From NCBI GenBank assembly GCA_965240325.2, contig OZ251250.1, forward strand, positions 434,001-498,000: DNA of 64,000 bases, in the 5' to 3' direction. Positions within the stretch are counted from its first letter, which is position 1. Each line of letters starts with the position of its first letter. This document shows positions 10,582 to 23,027 of the stretch, piece by piece. A model generated the notes under the pieces. The model saw only the letters and a list, made by a program, of their open reading frames with translations, was not told the DNA's origin and did no database searches. The stretch is from Rebecca billardiae RCC1528 (Eukaryota > Protista > Haptophyta). The translations under genes were made by a program, and so were the position numbers.

Positions 10582-12528
10582 GTAGCCTGGTCCAAACGCA
10601 CTGGAGCACTTTCGGGGATTTTATCGCCAAATGAACGCGGGCCCCTAGGCACGCGCTCACACCCGGAAACAGCGTAACAAATGGGCCCAGCCCGGGCGCA
10701 GCAAAAGTTTCGGCCTAAAAATCGCATCCGTGGCCCGTCGTGAGCGTGCGCGCGCGCGCCGCGGACAACTACGGACACATAGAGAATCGTCAGTCTGAAT
10801 GTGGGTAAGTACTTAGCCGAAATGAGCCCAAACGCACGAACTTACTTATTGGCGTACGTCGAGGCGAGCATGAACCCTGGTACAGGCCATTAGGATGGGC
10901 TGTGGTCTGTGCGCAAGTGGCCGTACTCAACTACTGCAAGATCGACTATATTACCCATTTATACCCGCATATTATGGGCAATGTACCCGCATAAGTATGA
11001 GTTCTGGACCTGTATAGTTGAAATGCCACTATGTCGGTCGTTACATATTCGCCATAGGTGGGTAGCTGTCCCAGGCTGCACGATTAGTGCGGCGCTCGGG
11101 GTGCAGTGGTCGGACGAGGCTCCGCCTGGCCTTCCGCGCACTCCTGCAGACAAGAAGAGGGCCGGACTCCCACCCGGCCAGGCGTGCGGCAGTCGGTCAG
11201 GTGCTGGACCTGATCTGGAGACCATCTCCTGCGTGGCAACTGGCCGATCTGCGGCACAACGCGCGCCGCCGTGAGCCACACGGCAGGTTCGCAATGGGGA
11301 TCCGGATCGCGTGTCCATGGCGGCGTGCATCGAGTCATTCAAGCTGTCAAGTCGCGTGCCACGCCCGCCCTTTCACTTGGGGCATCAGTACTGCCTACAA
11401 CGACGACATGTGCGTCCTTAGATGAGGCATAATCGCGATTCTAGCTGCCCGTCCAAGGGTCAGATCGCACGTCTTTGCTCGCCCGACAGCCTCAACGGCG
11501 GACTGATGTGATCCGCGGGTGACGATGCGACCGCTTCGAGTGCGCCTACGGCCACCACCGGGGTGGGGATCGTTCATGGGCACCCTCTGCGTGCCATGAC
11601 ATGCTCTGGCCGTGCGTGGTGACTTGGCCCACCGCGCGTAAACGGGAAAGACACCCGAGCACGTGCTTCCGAGCCACCCGAATGGCACAATGTGCCACCC
11701 ATGGACACCAAACACGTGCCAGAGCGCGAGCCTTGCGTGCTGGAGTAGCCGCACGACACCAAGGAAGACGTATGAGCGCTCTCAACCATCTTCAAGCGAC
11801 GACTCCGTCGACTCTGCCTCGCAGACCGCGGTACGATCCTCGACCTTGTGCTCGCAGCAAAGGCCATGACGGTAAAGCAGCACCCAGGCGATGGGAGTCA
11901 GCCGGCAGCCACTACACTGCGACTGTACACACCCAGCCCCGCAAGGCGAGCCATCCTGCTCGCCACCAGCCCGTCATACAGCTCCACGAGGAGCACAAAT
12001 CGACAGCCGCCGCTCAGGACGACCCATGCGCGAACGTGACGGGACTGGCCGGATGAAGCGTTGGCGATGCGCAGCGCGCCCAACGCTGGTGGTGGCATCG
12101 AGTACATGCTAGGGGTAGGCGGTGGCCCACACGAGCCGTCGCGTGGCCCGCATATTACCCGAGGTGGCCCGTCTCGAAGGCGCCGCGCAACCCAGCAGGT
12201 GAGCGTTCGACGCGCGCCGTCAGGCGAGAAGTCGACCTGGCGACGGACCGCGGGCGGCGGAAGCAACGCAGACATGTCGCTCAAGGTGTGCACGCACACC
12301 ACCGGGGCACCCGAACGATGTGTCCAGCACTACACCTGACATGAGGCGGCGCAGTCGTCCAGTCGAGGCTCTCGAGCCCCTTCCAACCTTCGTCGCGGCG
12401 AGCCGTCGGACGGCCGGTGCGATTTTTGACGAGCGCGACGAGCGACGAGAAAAATCGGGAGAAATGAGGCGCCCAAAATCCGAAAAGGCTTATTTTTCAC
12501 TGGCGAAAATCGGGATGGACCAGGCTAC
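10582..12528. mobile_element. Putative non-autonomous TIR DNA transposon (about 1.95 kb)
   Basis: Perfect 13-bp inverted repeat GTAGCCTGGTCCA (10582-10594) / TGGACCAGGCTAC (12516-12528) with weak subterminal similarity (GATTTT..TCGCCA..TGAA). Lower-GC interior with no credible gene; no clean TSD. Confidence 0.5.
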
Positions 12529-12745
12529 AGTTATACCGCCGCCGATCGAGTAATGACTAATGTGCCGTACGCGCCGCGCGCGGTTTCGAGGAGACTGCTC
12601 GATCGAGCAGTGTCAGTAGTCTTGATACAGCGGCACTGATTACAGTGTATGACTGCTGAACTCTGAGTCGCTCTCTGGACTGAGACTCGACGAGACTGAT
12701 GGCAGTCTGTACTAACGGCCCGCGCCGAGCCCGCCGTCCACGCCG

Positions 12746-15645
12746 CTACTCCGCCGCCTTGGGCTCGTTCACGTGGATCACCTTCTGCGTGGGCTGCACG
12801 TACTCGAGCCCCGCCGAGTGCATGTACACGTGGATAAACATGAGCAGCCGGTTCTTCGCCTGCGAGATCAGGCCGTCCTCGACGCGCAGACGGGAGGACT
12901 GCAGGTAGATCGTGAGCTCGAGCACGCCGCTCTTGTAGTCGGCCTTGGTGATCGTGCCAGAGGAGAAGGAGGCCCAGTCCTCGGGCACGCGCTCGACGAA
13001 GCCGCGCACCGCGTCCAGCATCGCCTGCAGCTTCTCGCCCGGCGTGCTCGCCGGCACCTGCAGCGTGACCGCCACCGTCGGGTTGTGCGAGCGGTGCAGG
13101 TTGATGACCGAGAGCTTGCGCGCGGTGAAGTTCATCGTGGTGTGCATCTCGCCCTGCCACGAGACGAGCGTCGTCGAAAGCAGCCCGATCTGGCGAAGGG
13201 GCCGCCGCCGGGTGTGTGTGCGTGGGTGGTGCGCGCGCGGGGTGAGGCGTCAGCGCGGAGAGCGCGCGGGGCGGGGCGCGGGCGCGCGGCCGCGGACGCG
13301 GCGCGCCTCTGGTGGCGCAGGCCGCACCTTGGCGACGGTGTACCCCTCGTAGCCCTCGCCGCTCACGCCCGGGTTGGTGATGAGGATGCGGTCGCCGATG
13401 TCGAACGGCCGCACGACGAGCACGAACACGATCCCCGCCGCCGTCTCGTACGGCAGCCATCCCAGCAGGAAGGCGACGCTCAGCAGCGATGACGAAATCG
13501 GCACGATCCACGCATCAAAGTCGACGCCGAGGTCGACGAGGAAGATGCCGGCGAGGATGAGGACGGCGGCCCAGATCGTGACGAGGAAGGCGTGGACGTG
13601 CGTGTTGAGGTCGTCGAAGGACTGCACGCTCGCGCTCAGGAAGCGCTGCTCGCGGTACGCCGCCTCGATCGCCGCGGCGAAGCGCTCCTCGTCGACCGAG
13701 TCCGCGTTAAAAAGCGCGGTAGCGCGGTCGCGCACCTTGCGGCGGAATGTGGAGCGCTTGCGGCGCATCGCCTTGGCGCACCAGCGCACAAGGCGCTCGC
13801 GCGGGATGCAGCCGTACGGCACGCCCTCGCCGTCCACCGGTGGCGCGTGCCCCGACGCCTCCGCCGCCGCCAGTTCGTGCCGAAACTCGGCGTGCAGCGA
13901 TGCGAACGCGTGCCGCGCCTTGCGCCGCGAGTCGGCGGTCGAGGCGACAAACCCGGTGCCCGTGGCGACCGCGCCCTGCAGGACCTCGAGCTGGCGGCCG
14001 ATGCCGCCGAGGAGCGAGCCGCGCAGCAGGCCGTCCTCGCGCACCATCAGCTCGGGCTCCTGCTGCCGGCTCCCCTTCCGGCCTGCGCCCGGCTGGCGCT
14101 CGCGGCTCCCGTCGCGGCTCGGGCCGTGCGGCGGCGCCTCGGCAGCGGGCGCGTCACTGCCGCTGCCGCCGCCGCCGTCGCCGCCGCCGCCGCCGCCGGG
14201 CATGAAGGCGTCTCCGCCGCCCGCCGCCTCGTCAGCAGCGGCGGCGGGGACGGGGGCGGTGCGCTTCGAGCCCGCGCCGCCGCGCCGCTTGCCCGCGCGG
14301 CCAGGCAGGCAGCACTCGCCGAGCGCCGAGCCTGTCCAGGCAGCCACGTGCCGGATCGGCGCGACGACGGCCGTCTTGGCGCCGGTGTACACGCGCGCGT
14401 GCACGGCGGAGCCCGGGCCCTTCTCGCGCTGCGCGGCGCGGCTGCGCGCGGCGCGCGCCGTCGCGAAGAGCAGCCGGAGCACGCGCATGCTCATGAGCGC
14501 ATCCGCCACGCGCTGTTCAAAGTGGCCGCCCTTGAGCGACGAGAAGAAGCGCTGCGTCGAAGCCTCGAGCAGCCCGCGCGAGATCGCGAGCGCCGCGAGC
14601 CACCACTGCACGGCGATGAGCCACTGCACGTCGCGCAGCCGCTGCCACGCCTCCGCGTCGAGGAAGGGCGCGTAGTAGAACACGGCGTGCAGCCCGAGCC
14701 AAACCAGCACCTGCACTCGTCGGCGAGGGGAGCGCAGGGGGCGAGCGGGCGGGCAGGCGCCAGGCGGCGCGCGGCGTGAGCGCGCCGGTGCGCCCGGCAG
14801 GCGCGCACGCGCCCGCGGGCGCGCGGGCGCACCCCGCCATCCCCGCACGCCCCTCTCGCCCCGGTCTCCGCGCGCGCGCACGCCCCGCCACGCACCGTCG
14901 CGGGCCAGCCGCGGAAGGCCTCCGCGAAGACGTTGGCGCTCGGCGGCAGCAGCTCGAGCGTCACGAGCGCAGCCTTGAGGCCGAAGAGGACCGAGACGCC
15001 CAGCCGGCCGAGGATGAGCGCGTACAGCGGGCGGAGGAGCCACAGGTCCCAGCGCGGGCGCAGGGGCTCGTCCTCGCGCGAGACGAAGCCGATCACATAC
15101 GGCGCGAGCAGCCCGACGAGCGACGCCTCGAACCAAACTGCTTGGAGGAGCTTCACCACCAGCCGCACCGCCGTGAGCGTGGCGCACGCGACGCCGGGCC
15201 GCGTGCGCTTGGACTCGCCGTCGTCCGCGCCGCCGTCGTCGTCGTCGGCCGACGGCTTCGAGCCCGGCTCGGAGCCCGCATCCGTCCCGCCCGCCTCGGA
15301 CGACGCGTCGCTCTGGTCGGTGGAGGAGGCGACCGACATCTCGTCGTCATCTCGCTCACGATTCGCGGCGAGCGAGCCCTCGACCTGGTTGAGCACGATG
15401 GCGTCGGAGACCGCGAAGGCGTCCGCCTGCGCGGAGGTATCCACCGCCTTGAGCCTCGTCACGGCCTCGAGCGCCGCAGCGAACGACTCGTCGTCGGCCA
15501 CGTCGTCGTCGCGCGGCGTGCGTGCAGCCGCGGACGCGGGCGCGCCCGACTCGTCGTGCGCCGCGATCGCCGGCGTGGGCGGTTTGAGGCGCGCGTCGTC
15601 GGCGCGGTGCGTGGTCTCGTCGTCCGCCATGTCCTGAACCTCCAT
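12746..15645 (-). CDS. MscS-family mechanosensitive ion channel; exons 15645-14896, 14710-13328, 13189-12746
   Basis: Multiple TM helices; IVFVLVVRPFDIGDRILI, YTVAK|IGLLSTTL, LSVINLHRS; GT..AG introns restore the frame. Confidence 0.9.
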
Positions 15646-16090
15646 GCTCGCGTCGAGGGTGGTGGCGCGTGGCCGGGCTTCGAGAGGCGCTGTGTCGACT
15701 GTCGTCGGTGCGCGTGCGGACGTTTGGCCCGCTTGATGATGCACGGAATCCCGAGGCTTGATTGACTGTATTATTGTTGGTTAACCCGGCGGAGGTAAAT
15801 GACTAAACGCGATGCTTCCAAATACCCGAGCCTGCAAGCTAGATTTGGACCGAAGGCAAGGAGGGTGCCGCCGCCGGGTTGCCGCCGTGCGTCCGCCGCC
15901 GCCAGCTCTTTCGACATCGAACATTCGCCGATGAATCCTACGATCCAATCATCAAGAGGGATTCCGCAGCGAGAATATGACCACCGTACATGACTATCAT
16001 CGGCCAGGACGCCATGACCGAGCAACCGAGTGACCGGTCACTCGGCCGCGCAATGGCGGACATTGAGCTATCCCGGCGCACGGGGTGCGC

Positions 16091-19000
16091 TTATCCCGGC
16101 GGCGGCGGCGGCGGCGCGGCGCAGGCGCGCGCGAACAGCGCGTCGTCCCCAGGCAGCGTCACCTCGTCCACGCCCTCCGCCACCTCCACCGCGCCCGGCG
16201 CGTCCGCCACGATCTCGTCAACAAAGCGCGAGCGCCGCATCGGCGCGCCCGCGCCGTCGTCGCGCTCGACGTGGGTGAGCACGAGCAGCTCGCGCGCGCG
16301 CGTGCACGCGACGTATGCGAGGCGCCGCTCCTCGCGCAGCGCCGCCGCCGCGCGCTCCGCCGCCGCGGGCGTCGCCACCGCGTCGGCCGCGCCGCCCGGC
16401 CCAAGCAGCGGCAGCTCGCCCTCGTTCGCGCGGACGACAACGACCAGTCGCCACTCCAGCCCCTTCGAGCCGTGAATCGTCTCGAGCGCCACCGCGTCCG
16501 CGGCGTGCGCCCGGCGCTCCAGCTCGCCCTCCGCCTCCTCCCGCTCCGTGTGCGCCAGGTACGCGCGCAGCCTCGCCATGAAGTCGGCGCGGTCCCCACC
16601 GCCGCCGCCGCTGATGCCACCGCTGCCGCCGACGCCGCCGCCACCGCTGCCGTCGCCGCCGCCGCCGCCGATGCCGCCGTCCGGCGCCGCGCCGTCGGCG
16701 CCCGCCGCCCACGTGTGCGCCCACGCCTCCGCGTGCGCGCACAGCCGCTGCAGCAGCGACCGATCGTCGCCGTCGTCGCCCAGGCCTCCGAGCAGGCCGG
16801 CAGACCCGCCGCCCGCCGCGCCGCCGCCACCTTGGCTCGCCGCGGCGCGCGCGGCCGCGCTCGCCGCGCGCGCGACGGCTGCCGCCGCGCCCGGGCCGAG
16901 CGACGGCTGCGCGCCGGGCGCGCCGGGGCGCGCGCCGCCGAGCAGCGCGCCGGGCGCGCGCTCGCGCCGGGCCGCGCCGCCGCCGCGCCCCGCCGCCGCC
17001 TCGAGGTGCTGCGCGCCGCCGCCGTCCGCGCCGCCGTCCGCGCCGCCGCCGGGGCGGCTGTGGAACCGGCCCGGTGCACCCAGCATCCCCGCGGCGCGCG
17101 TGAGCAGCCCGTGGAGCTGAAGTGTGTGCGCGCGCGCGCGCACCGTCTCGACCGCGCTCAGAGCGCGCGCGAGAGCGGACGCGTGCGGCGGGGTGAGCGC
17201 GCGCACGGCGGCGCGCGCGGCCGCGGCGCGCTCGGCCGCGGCCGCCGCGGCCCCCCCCCCGGCGGCCGCCGCGCCGCCGTCCGCCGCCGCGCGCTCATCT
17301 GCCGCCGCCGCCGCCGCCGCCGCCGCGCCGGGCGCCGCCGCGCGAACGTCCGCCGCCGCCGGCGCCGCGGACTCGGCCGGCGGCGGCGCGGCGCCCTCGC
17401 GCGCGCGCTTGCGCCGCGCGCCGCCGCCGCCGCCTCCGCGCGCGCGCGCCGCCCCCGTCGCCTCCGCCGCGTCGGCGAGCTCGGCAAGCGCCGCCCAGCA
17501 CGGCACGCGCCACTGCTTGGCGTGCGCGCGGACGGCGTCGGCGGCGGTGCGCGCCGGCGCCGCGCCGCGCGGCCGCGCGCCGGCGTGCTCGGCTGCGGCC
17601 GCGGGCGGCGGCGGCTGCATCGCGCGCACCACCGTCACAACGTCGCCGTCCGCCGGTGGGCGCGCGGCGCCGTCGGCGCGCGCGCGCGGCGGAGCGTCGG
17701 CTGCGAGCGCGCGCGCGGCGGCCGCGGCGACCTGCGCCGCCGGCGCGGGCGCGGGCGCGGCGGGCGGCGCCGCGCGCCGCTCCGCGGGAAGCGCGGCGGC
17801 GGCGAGGCGAAGCAGGGCACGCAGCTGCCGCGTCGGCCTGAGCGAGAACAGGTTGGTCGGCGGCGCGGCGCAGGGGACGCGCGCGGCGCGCAGCGCGGCG
17901 TGCACCGCCGCGCCCGCGCGCGCCGTGCGGCTTAGCACGGCCATCTGGCCCCACGAGATTGCGATCTCGGCGCGCGCGCGCGCGAGCAGCCGCGCGACGT
18001 GCACTGCCTCGACCGCGCCGTTGCGGCAGCGCACGACGCGCACGCGCGCACCGGCGGGCACGTGCGCCGCGCCGCCCGCGCCCGCCGCCGCCGCCGCCGC
18101 CGCGCTCACCGCCACCGGCTTGGGCGCGCGGTGCTCCGCGCCGTTCCGAGCGATCAGCGCGTTGGCGGCCGCCACGACGCGCGGCGCGCACCGGTAGTTG
18201 ACGTTGAGCGCGACGCAGCGCGCGCGCGGCGCGTACTCGCGCATGAGGGAGCCGAAGAAGGCGGCGCCGCCCTCGGCGCCCTGTGGTGTGTGACGGCGCG
18301 GGGCGGCGCGCGCCGGTGTGTGTCAGTGTGGCGCGGAGCGGGGCGGGCGGCGCACGCCCTGCTGGGCCGCTGCCGGGCCGTTGCCGTGCAGTGCGCTGTG
18401 CTGCTACACCGCCCACCGCACAGCACGCGCGCATCACCCCGCTGTGTGCCCCGCTGCATACGCGCGTGCGTCGGACACACACAGCAGCGCACATGCATCC
18501 AGTAGGCGGGGCAGTTGCGCCCTCGTCTGTGCACGCGCGTACCTGGAAGGAGTAGATGGACTGGTCGTCGTCGCCCACCGCTGTCAGCCGGCCGTGCGGC
18601 GGCGGCGCGAGCAGCCGCAGCAGTCCGAGCTGAGGCCCAGAGCAGTCCTGCACCTCGTCGACGAGGACGTGCGTGGGCAGGGGCAGCGCCGCGAGCGCGC
18701 GCTCCGACGCCGACGCGCGCGTCGCCAGGCGCCGGGGGGCGCGCGCGGCGGCGCCGTCGGGCGCGGCGGTGGCCGCAGCAGCGCCCGCCGCCCCCGCGGC
18801 CGCGCCCGCCGACCCCGCGGCCGCGGCCGCTGCCTCCGCGGCCGCGGCCGTGCACCCCGCGCCGCCGCCCTCGGCGGCGCCCGCCGCCCCCGCGGCCGCG
18901 GCCGCTGCCTCCGCGGCCGCGGCAGCGCACCCCGCGCCGCCGCCCTCGGCGGCGCGCGCCTTGGCGGCGTGCGCGGCGCGCAGCACGGCGCTCGCCACGC

Positions 19001-20291
19001 GCACCAGGTCGCAAAAGTCCAGCGCGCCCGCGCGGCGCAGCTCCTCCTCGTACCCGCCCACCAGCTTCGCGGAAAGTTCCGGGAAGCCGAGGCGGCGCAG
19101 GCTGGCGTCGTCTGAGGCGCGCAGCGCTGGCGCGGCAGGGTCGCTCGAGTGAACGCCAAGCGCGCGCGCGCGGCAGAGCGCGCTGAGCACGCGCCGGAGC
19201 TCGCGCTTGCGCTCGGCCTTGGTGCCCGCCGCCGCGCCGCCGCCCGCGCCGCCGCCCTCGCCGCGCGCCTCACCGTCGTCCGCCCGCCGCTCCGCGCGCG
19301 CGCGCAGCGCCGCCCGCACCGCCTTGCGCTGCGCCGAGCTCGCGACCAGAGTGACGGTGCCGTCGGCGCCGCACGGGGCGTCGGGGAGGTGCTTGGCGTA
19401 GCGCGCGCACAGCCAGAGGCAGAGCGAGTGGAACGTGCTCACGCGCACCCCGTCGGCGCGCGGCTGCCGCCCGCGCCCGCCGCCGTCGCGCCCGCCGCGC
19501 CCGCGGCCGCGCGCGCCGCGCGCGCCGCCCGAAGCCGCTACAAGTGCGTGCGGGCACGCGCGCGCGAGCCGCGCGCGCATCTCATCGGCGGCGGCGCGCG
19601 TGAAGGTGATGGCGAGCACGCCCGCGGGCGGCACGCCGCACGCGAGCAGGTGCTGCACGCGCCGCGTCATCACCGCCGTCTTGCCCGAGCCCGCGCCGGC
19701 CAGCACGGCCAGCGAGCTGTCGGCAGGCGCGAGCACCGCGGACCGCTGCGCGCCGTTCAGCCCGCGGACGTACTCGGGCTCGGGCGCGGGCGGGCGCGTG
19801 CGCTCAGCGGGCTGCTGAGCGCACGCGGCGCCCCGAGGCGCGGCGTGCGCGGCGTGAGCGCGCGCGCTCGCCGCCGATGGCGCGCGCGCGGCGCAGCTGG
19901 GAGGCGGCGCAGCGTGTGGCACACGCGCTCGCGGCGCGCCGCCCGGCACGGCCCCGAGCGCGATCGGCGGCGGAAGGTGCACGGCATGCGGTGGCGCTGC
20001 GGGCGGCGCTGGCGCTGCAGCGCGCCCGGCTGCGCCAGCGGGAGCCCCGCCGGGGCGCTGCGGCTCCGCGCACGGCGGCGCGGTAGGCGGTCGCGCGGCG
20101 CCGGCCGGCGGCACGCCCGCGCACGGCGGCGCGGCGAGAGCACCGGAGGGCGGGTGCGCGGGCGCGTTCGCCGAGGCTGTCGGCACGAGCGCGCGCTGGC
20201 GGCGTAGCTCGAGCGCGCGCTGCCGCTTGGCCTCGACGAGCGCGCGCTGCTCCTCGCTGAGCGCGCCCGGCTGCCCGGGCGTCGTGGCCAT
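16091..20291 (-). CDS. UvrD/REP (Srs2-like) superfamily 1 DNA helicase; intron 18542-18281
   Basis: LNGAQ, AGAGSGKT, ITFTRAAA, STFHSLC, LVDEVQD, VGDDDQSIYSFQ|GA, LNVNYR, AVLSRT, TIHGSKGLEW, EERRLAYVACTRA, SRFVDEI. Confidence 0.93.
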
Positions 20292-20426
20292 GCTTGCTGC
20301 GCACTCCCACGGCCGGCGGACTCGGCCCCCCTTTTGAACGCCGCGCAAAGCTCACCGCACGCATGCTACCCACTAGCTCTAGCAAGGGCGGTACCACTAG
20401 TTACGTACTTACAGTAGCTACTAGCT

Positions 20427-20471
20427 ACTACAGTTTACTAAGAGACGCACACAGCTCAGGCAGGCGAGATT
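20427..20471 (+). repeat. 45-bp dispersed intergenic motif (second copy 54326-54376)
   Basis: ACTACAGTTTACTAAG-AGACGCACACAGCTCAGGCAGGCGAGATT, identical to the other copy except for a 6-bp insertion there. Confidence 0.85.
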
Positions 20472-20936
20472 ACTGCTACACATCTACGGTGACACTCTGA
20501 GTCGTATCATCAACTTGCTGAATTCTTGCATGGACATGATGCTGTCCGCACAACGTGACGGACGCCGTTGTACAGCCCGTCGTCGGCCGGCGAGGCCCAC
20601 GCTGTCCGTAATCGCCCGCCCCGGCGGCGGCGCCGCCCGTCCCCGGACTGGCCGGACTCCCGGCACCGGGTCCGACGGCGACGGCGGGGCGACGCCACCG
20701 GCCCGAAGCACTTCAAGCAGATCGTGCCGCAGGTCATGGGGCACCGAGTTAGGCGGGTGCGGCAGACGGGTCGGAGTCGGATTGGGCCAGTGCCTCGGCG
20801 GCGGGTCGACTCCGCGGCAGGGTGCGGCGCCGGAGCCAGCCCTGCTGACGAGCGCAGACGGTGACTGCTGCGCCATTCGCAGCACGCCCCGCCGTGCACC
20901 CTGACAGTGCCACTCAACGCTCACTCACGACTTAGT

Positions 20937-22586
20937 TTAGAATGTGGGGATCGGGACAATGGCGCCATGCCCGTGCTGCCGCAAGTCCAAGCCGCCGCCT
21001 TCCGACCCCATCACGAGCATGCTTGCGACCGCGCTGTTGAACGCGGGGATGCCGCCCGGGTAGGCCTCCACGATCGTCAGAAGAAGATCCCGGTCCTGGC
21101 TGTACATGCACTGCGCATGGTGCGCATCAAAGTGCTCGTCCAGGAGGCTGGAGGAGGAGGCGGTCGTGCTGGGCAGCCGGAGCACGTCCGTCTTGCTCGC
21201 GCGCTGCGCGCCGATCGAGAGGTGGATGAAGAGCTCGGTCACGCACCACAGGCGCTGCGGGAGCGTCGGGCCGTGCAGCACGATGAGCCGGTCGCAGTTC
21301 GCCAGGAAGACCGGCAGGCACGCCAGGCACGGCTCGACGGACATCTGGTCGAGGCAGTAGGCATCCATCCACAGCCGCGGCGCGCGCCCGCCGTGCTCGC
21401 GGCTGAACTTGGCCGCCCACAGCCGCAGCTGCTCGGCCCTCTCTTCCGCGCTGTCGCCGTGCGCGTGGCACACGAAGGCGTCCACGCTGCCGAACGAGGA
21501 GGGCTCGGAGAGCGCGAAGCACTCCTGCGGGGATCGGTCGCCGCGCAGCCCGGCAGCGTCCACCTTGTCTGCGCTCACGCTGCGGAACAGGTCCTGCGCG
21601 AGCTGCACCGCGTCCTCCGCCGAGCGGCCGCTGAGCAGCACGCTGAGCATCGACGCGGAGCTGATGCCTTCGCCCTTGGACGCCAGCCAGGCCTGCATGA
21701 CCTCGCGCAGCCGACCCGTCGCAGCTGCCGCGCCAGTCAAGAGAAACACCAACGCTGAGGCGAACGGGGCCGCCAGCGGCGGGTGGTACCCGAGCGCAGC
21801 GATGATGTCGACCGAGACGAGGGAGAGGCCGAGCACGACCTGCGTCACCGCAAAGACACGCCAGAGGCGCTCGAGCTGCGCGCGCGCCTGCATGCGCGCG
21901 CGGCAGAGCGAGCCGAGCAAGAGCACGATGCCGCACACGTGCACGACGGAGATGGTGTACGCGCGCCCCAGCGAAAAGAGCGCGAGTGCGCACAGGCTGG
22001 AGGAGGCACCGCCATCGCCGCCGCACGGATCGTCAGCGCCGGTGACCAGCGCATGCGTCGCCGGCACGACGCCCAGCGCGCCCACAGCGCCGACGGTGTA
22101 GAGCATGAAGAGCGAGTAGAGCACGACACCGGCCCGCACGACGCGCCGCTGAGTCGGGATGAGCGCGAGCAGGAGGGACAGCAGGCCGAGGGTGTAGGTG
22201 ATGCTGATCACCGTGCCGCGTGCCCATGGCAGGTTGGCCAGCGTGGGCACGAAGCCGAACGCCAGGGCGACCATGAAGAGGCTCAGCCCGGTTACCACGG
22301 CGGGGACTTGAATCATCTTTTGGCGCCGGCGACCCGCGTCGCGAGCCCGCTCGAGCGAATCACGGATCGCGAGGGTGGGGGTCGTCGCACCCAGGCGGGG
22401 CTGCGCCGCTTCATGTAGAGCGGGCGAGATCAGCGAGCGCGGCGACGAGCCAGCGCTCGGCCGTGAAGTGCCTTGCACGCGCTGCGCCCCGGGGGGCGAG
22501 CTGCTCATCTTCGCGACTTCGCCGGGGAACACGCACGTGCCGCCTACTTCAAATTGGTTACGAGCCAAAGGGTGGACCACTTTCAT
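20937..22586 (-). CDS. Multi-pass (about 6 TM) membrane protein with C-terminal TIR-like domain
   Basis: Intronless 549-aa ORF; hydrophobic helices followed by DAFVCHAHGD, LWMDAYCLDQ, LPVFLANCDRLIVLHGPTLPQRLWCVTELF (TIR-type 'D.F.SH', 'W.D', 'WC..E'). Confidence 0.75.
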   Translation of the reverse strand: MKVVHPLARNQFEVGGTCVFPGEVAKMSSSPPGAQRVQGTSRPSAGSSPRSLISPALHEAAQPRLGATTPTLAIRDSLERARDAGRRRQKMIQVPAVVTGLSLFMVALAFGFVPTLANLPWARGTVISITYTLGLLSLLLALIPTQRRVVRAGVVLYSLFMLYTVGAVGALGVVPATHALVTGADDPCGGDGGASSSLCALALFSLGRAYTISVVHVCGIVLLLGSLCRARMQARAQLERLWRVFAVTQVVLGLSLVSVDIIAALGYHPPLAAPFASALVFLLTGAAAATGRLREVMQAWLASKGEGISSASMLSVLLSGRSAEDAVQLAQDLFRSVSADKVDAAGLRGDRSPQECFALSEPSSFGSVDAFVCHAHGDSAEERAEQLRLWAAKFSREHGGRAPRLWMDAYCLDQMSVEPCLACLPVFLANCDRLIVLHGPTLPQRLWCVTELFIHLSIGAQRASKTDVLRLPSTTASSSSLLDEHFDAHHAQCMYSQDRDLLLTIVEAYPGGIPAFNSAVASMLVMGSEGGGLDLRQHGHGAIVPIPTF

Positions 22587-23027
22587 TCATCATGATTTCA
22601 TGGGTTCAGATTGGGTCTGAGTCTCTGAGATCGCTGTAGATAGGTTCAGCTTTGTACTAGTACACCATTTGATCATATGATCATATTGATTAGGATTGCT
22701 CCGAGGACGGACCGAGATCGCTGCGTAGCGCCCGGTAGGTCCCGCTAGGTCGTCGCCCGTTTACGACCAGACAATGGTCATATTTTACCATGAACCTCGT
22801 GATCGTACTCCCATTTCATATGCACTCCAGATGTTGGTATGATTCATCATGGGAAGTGCTCAACTTCGTCATCATCATTGTGAGCAGTATGGGGGTATGA
22901 TATATATATATATATATAATAATTACCCCCCGAAATTAACCGAATTCGGCGGCCGCCGTGCGTTCCAGCGTCCGGCCAGCGCACCCCGCCCCCGGACTCC
23001 CCGCAGCAAGGGTGTCCTCCCGCAGCA

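Noticed and set aside
10430-12540. Protein-coding genes or bacterial contamination in the lower-GC block
   Set aside because: Only short ORFs without motifs or codon bias; no operon-like features.
20484-20924. PHDLRH resembling a tyrosine recombinase motif
   Set aside because: No other catalytic residues or domain context; short low-complexity ORF.
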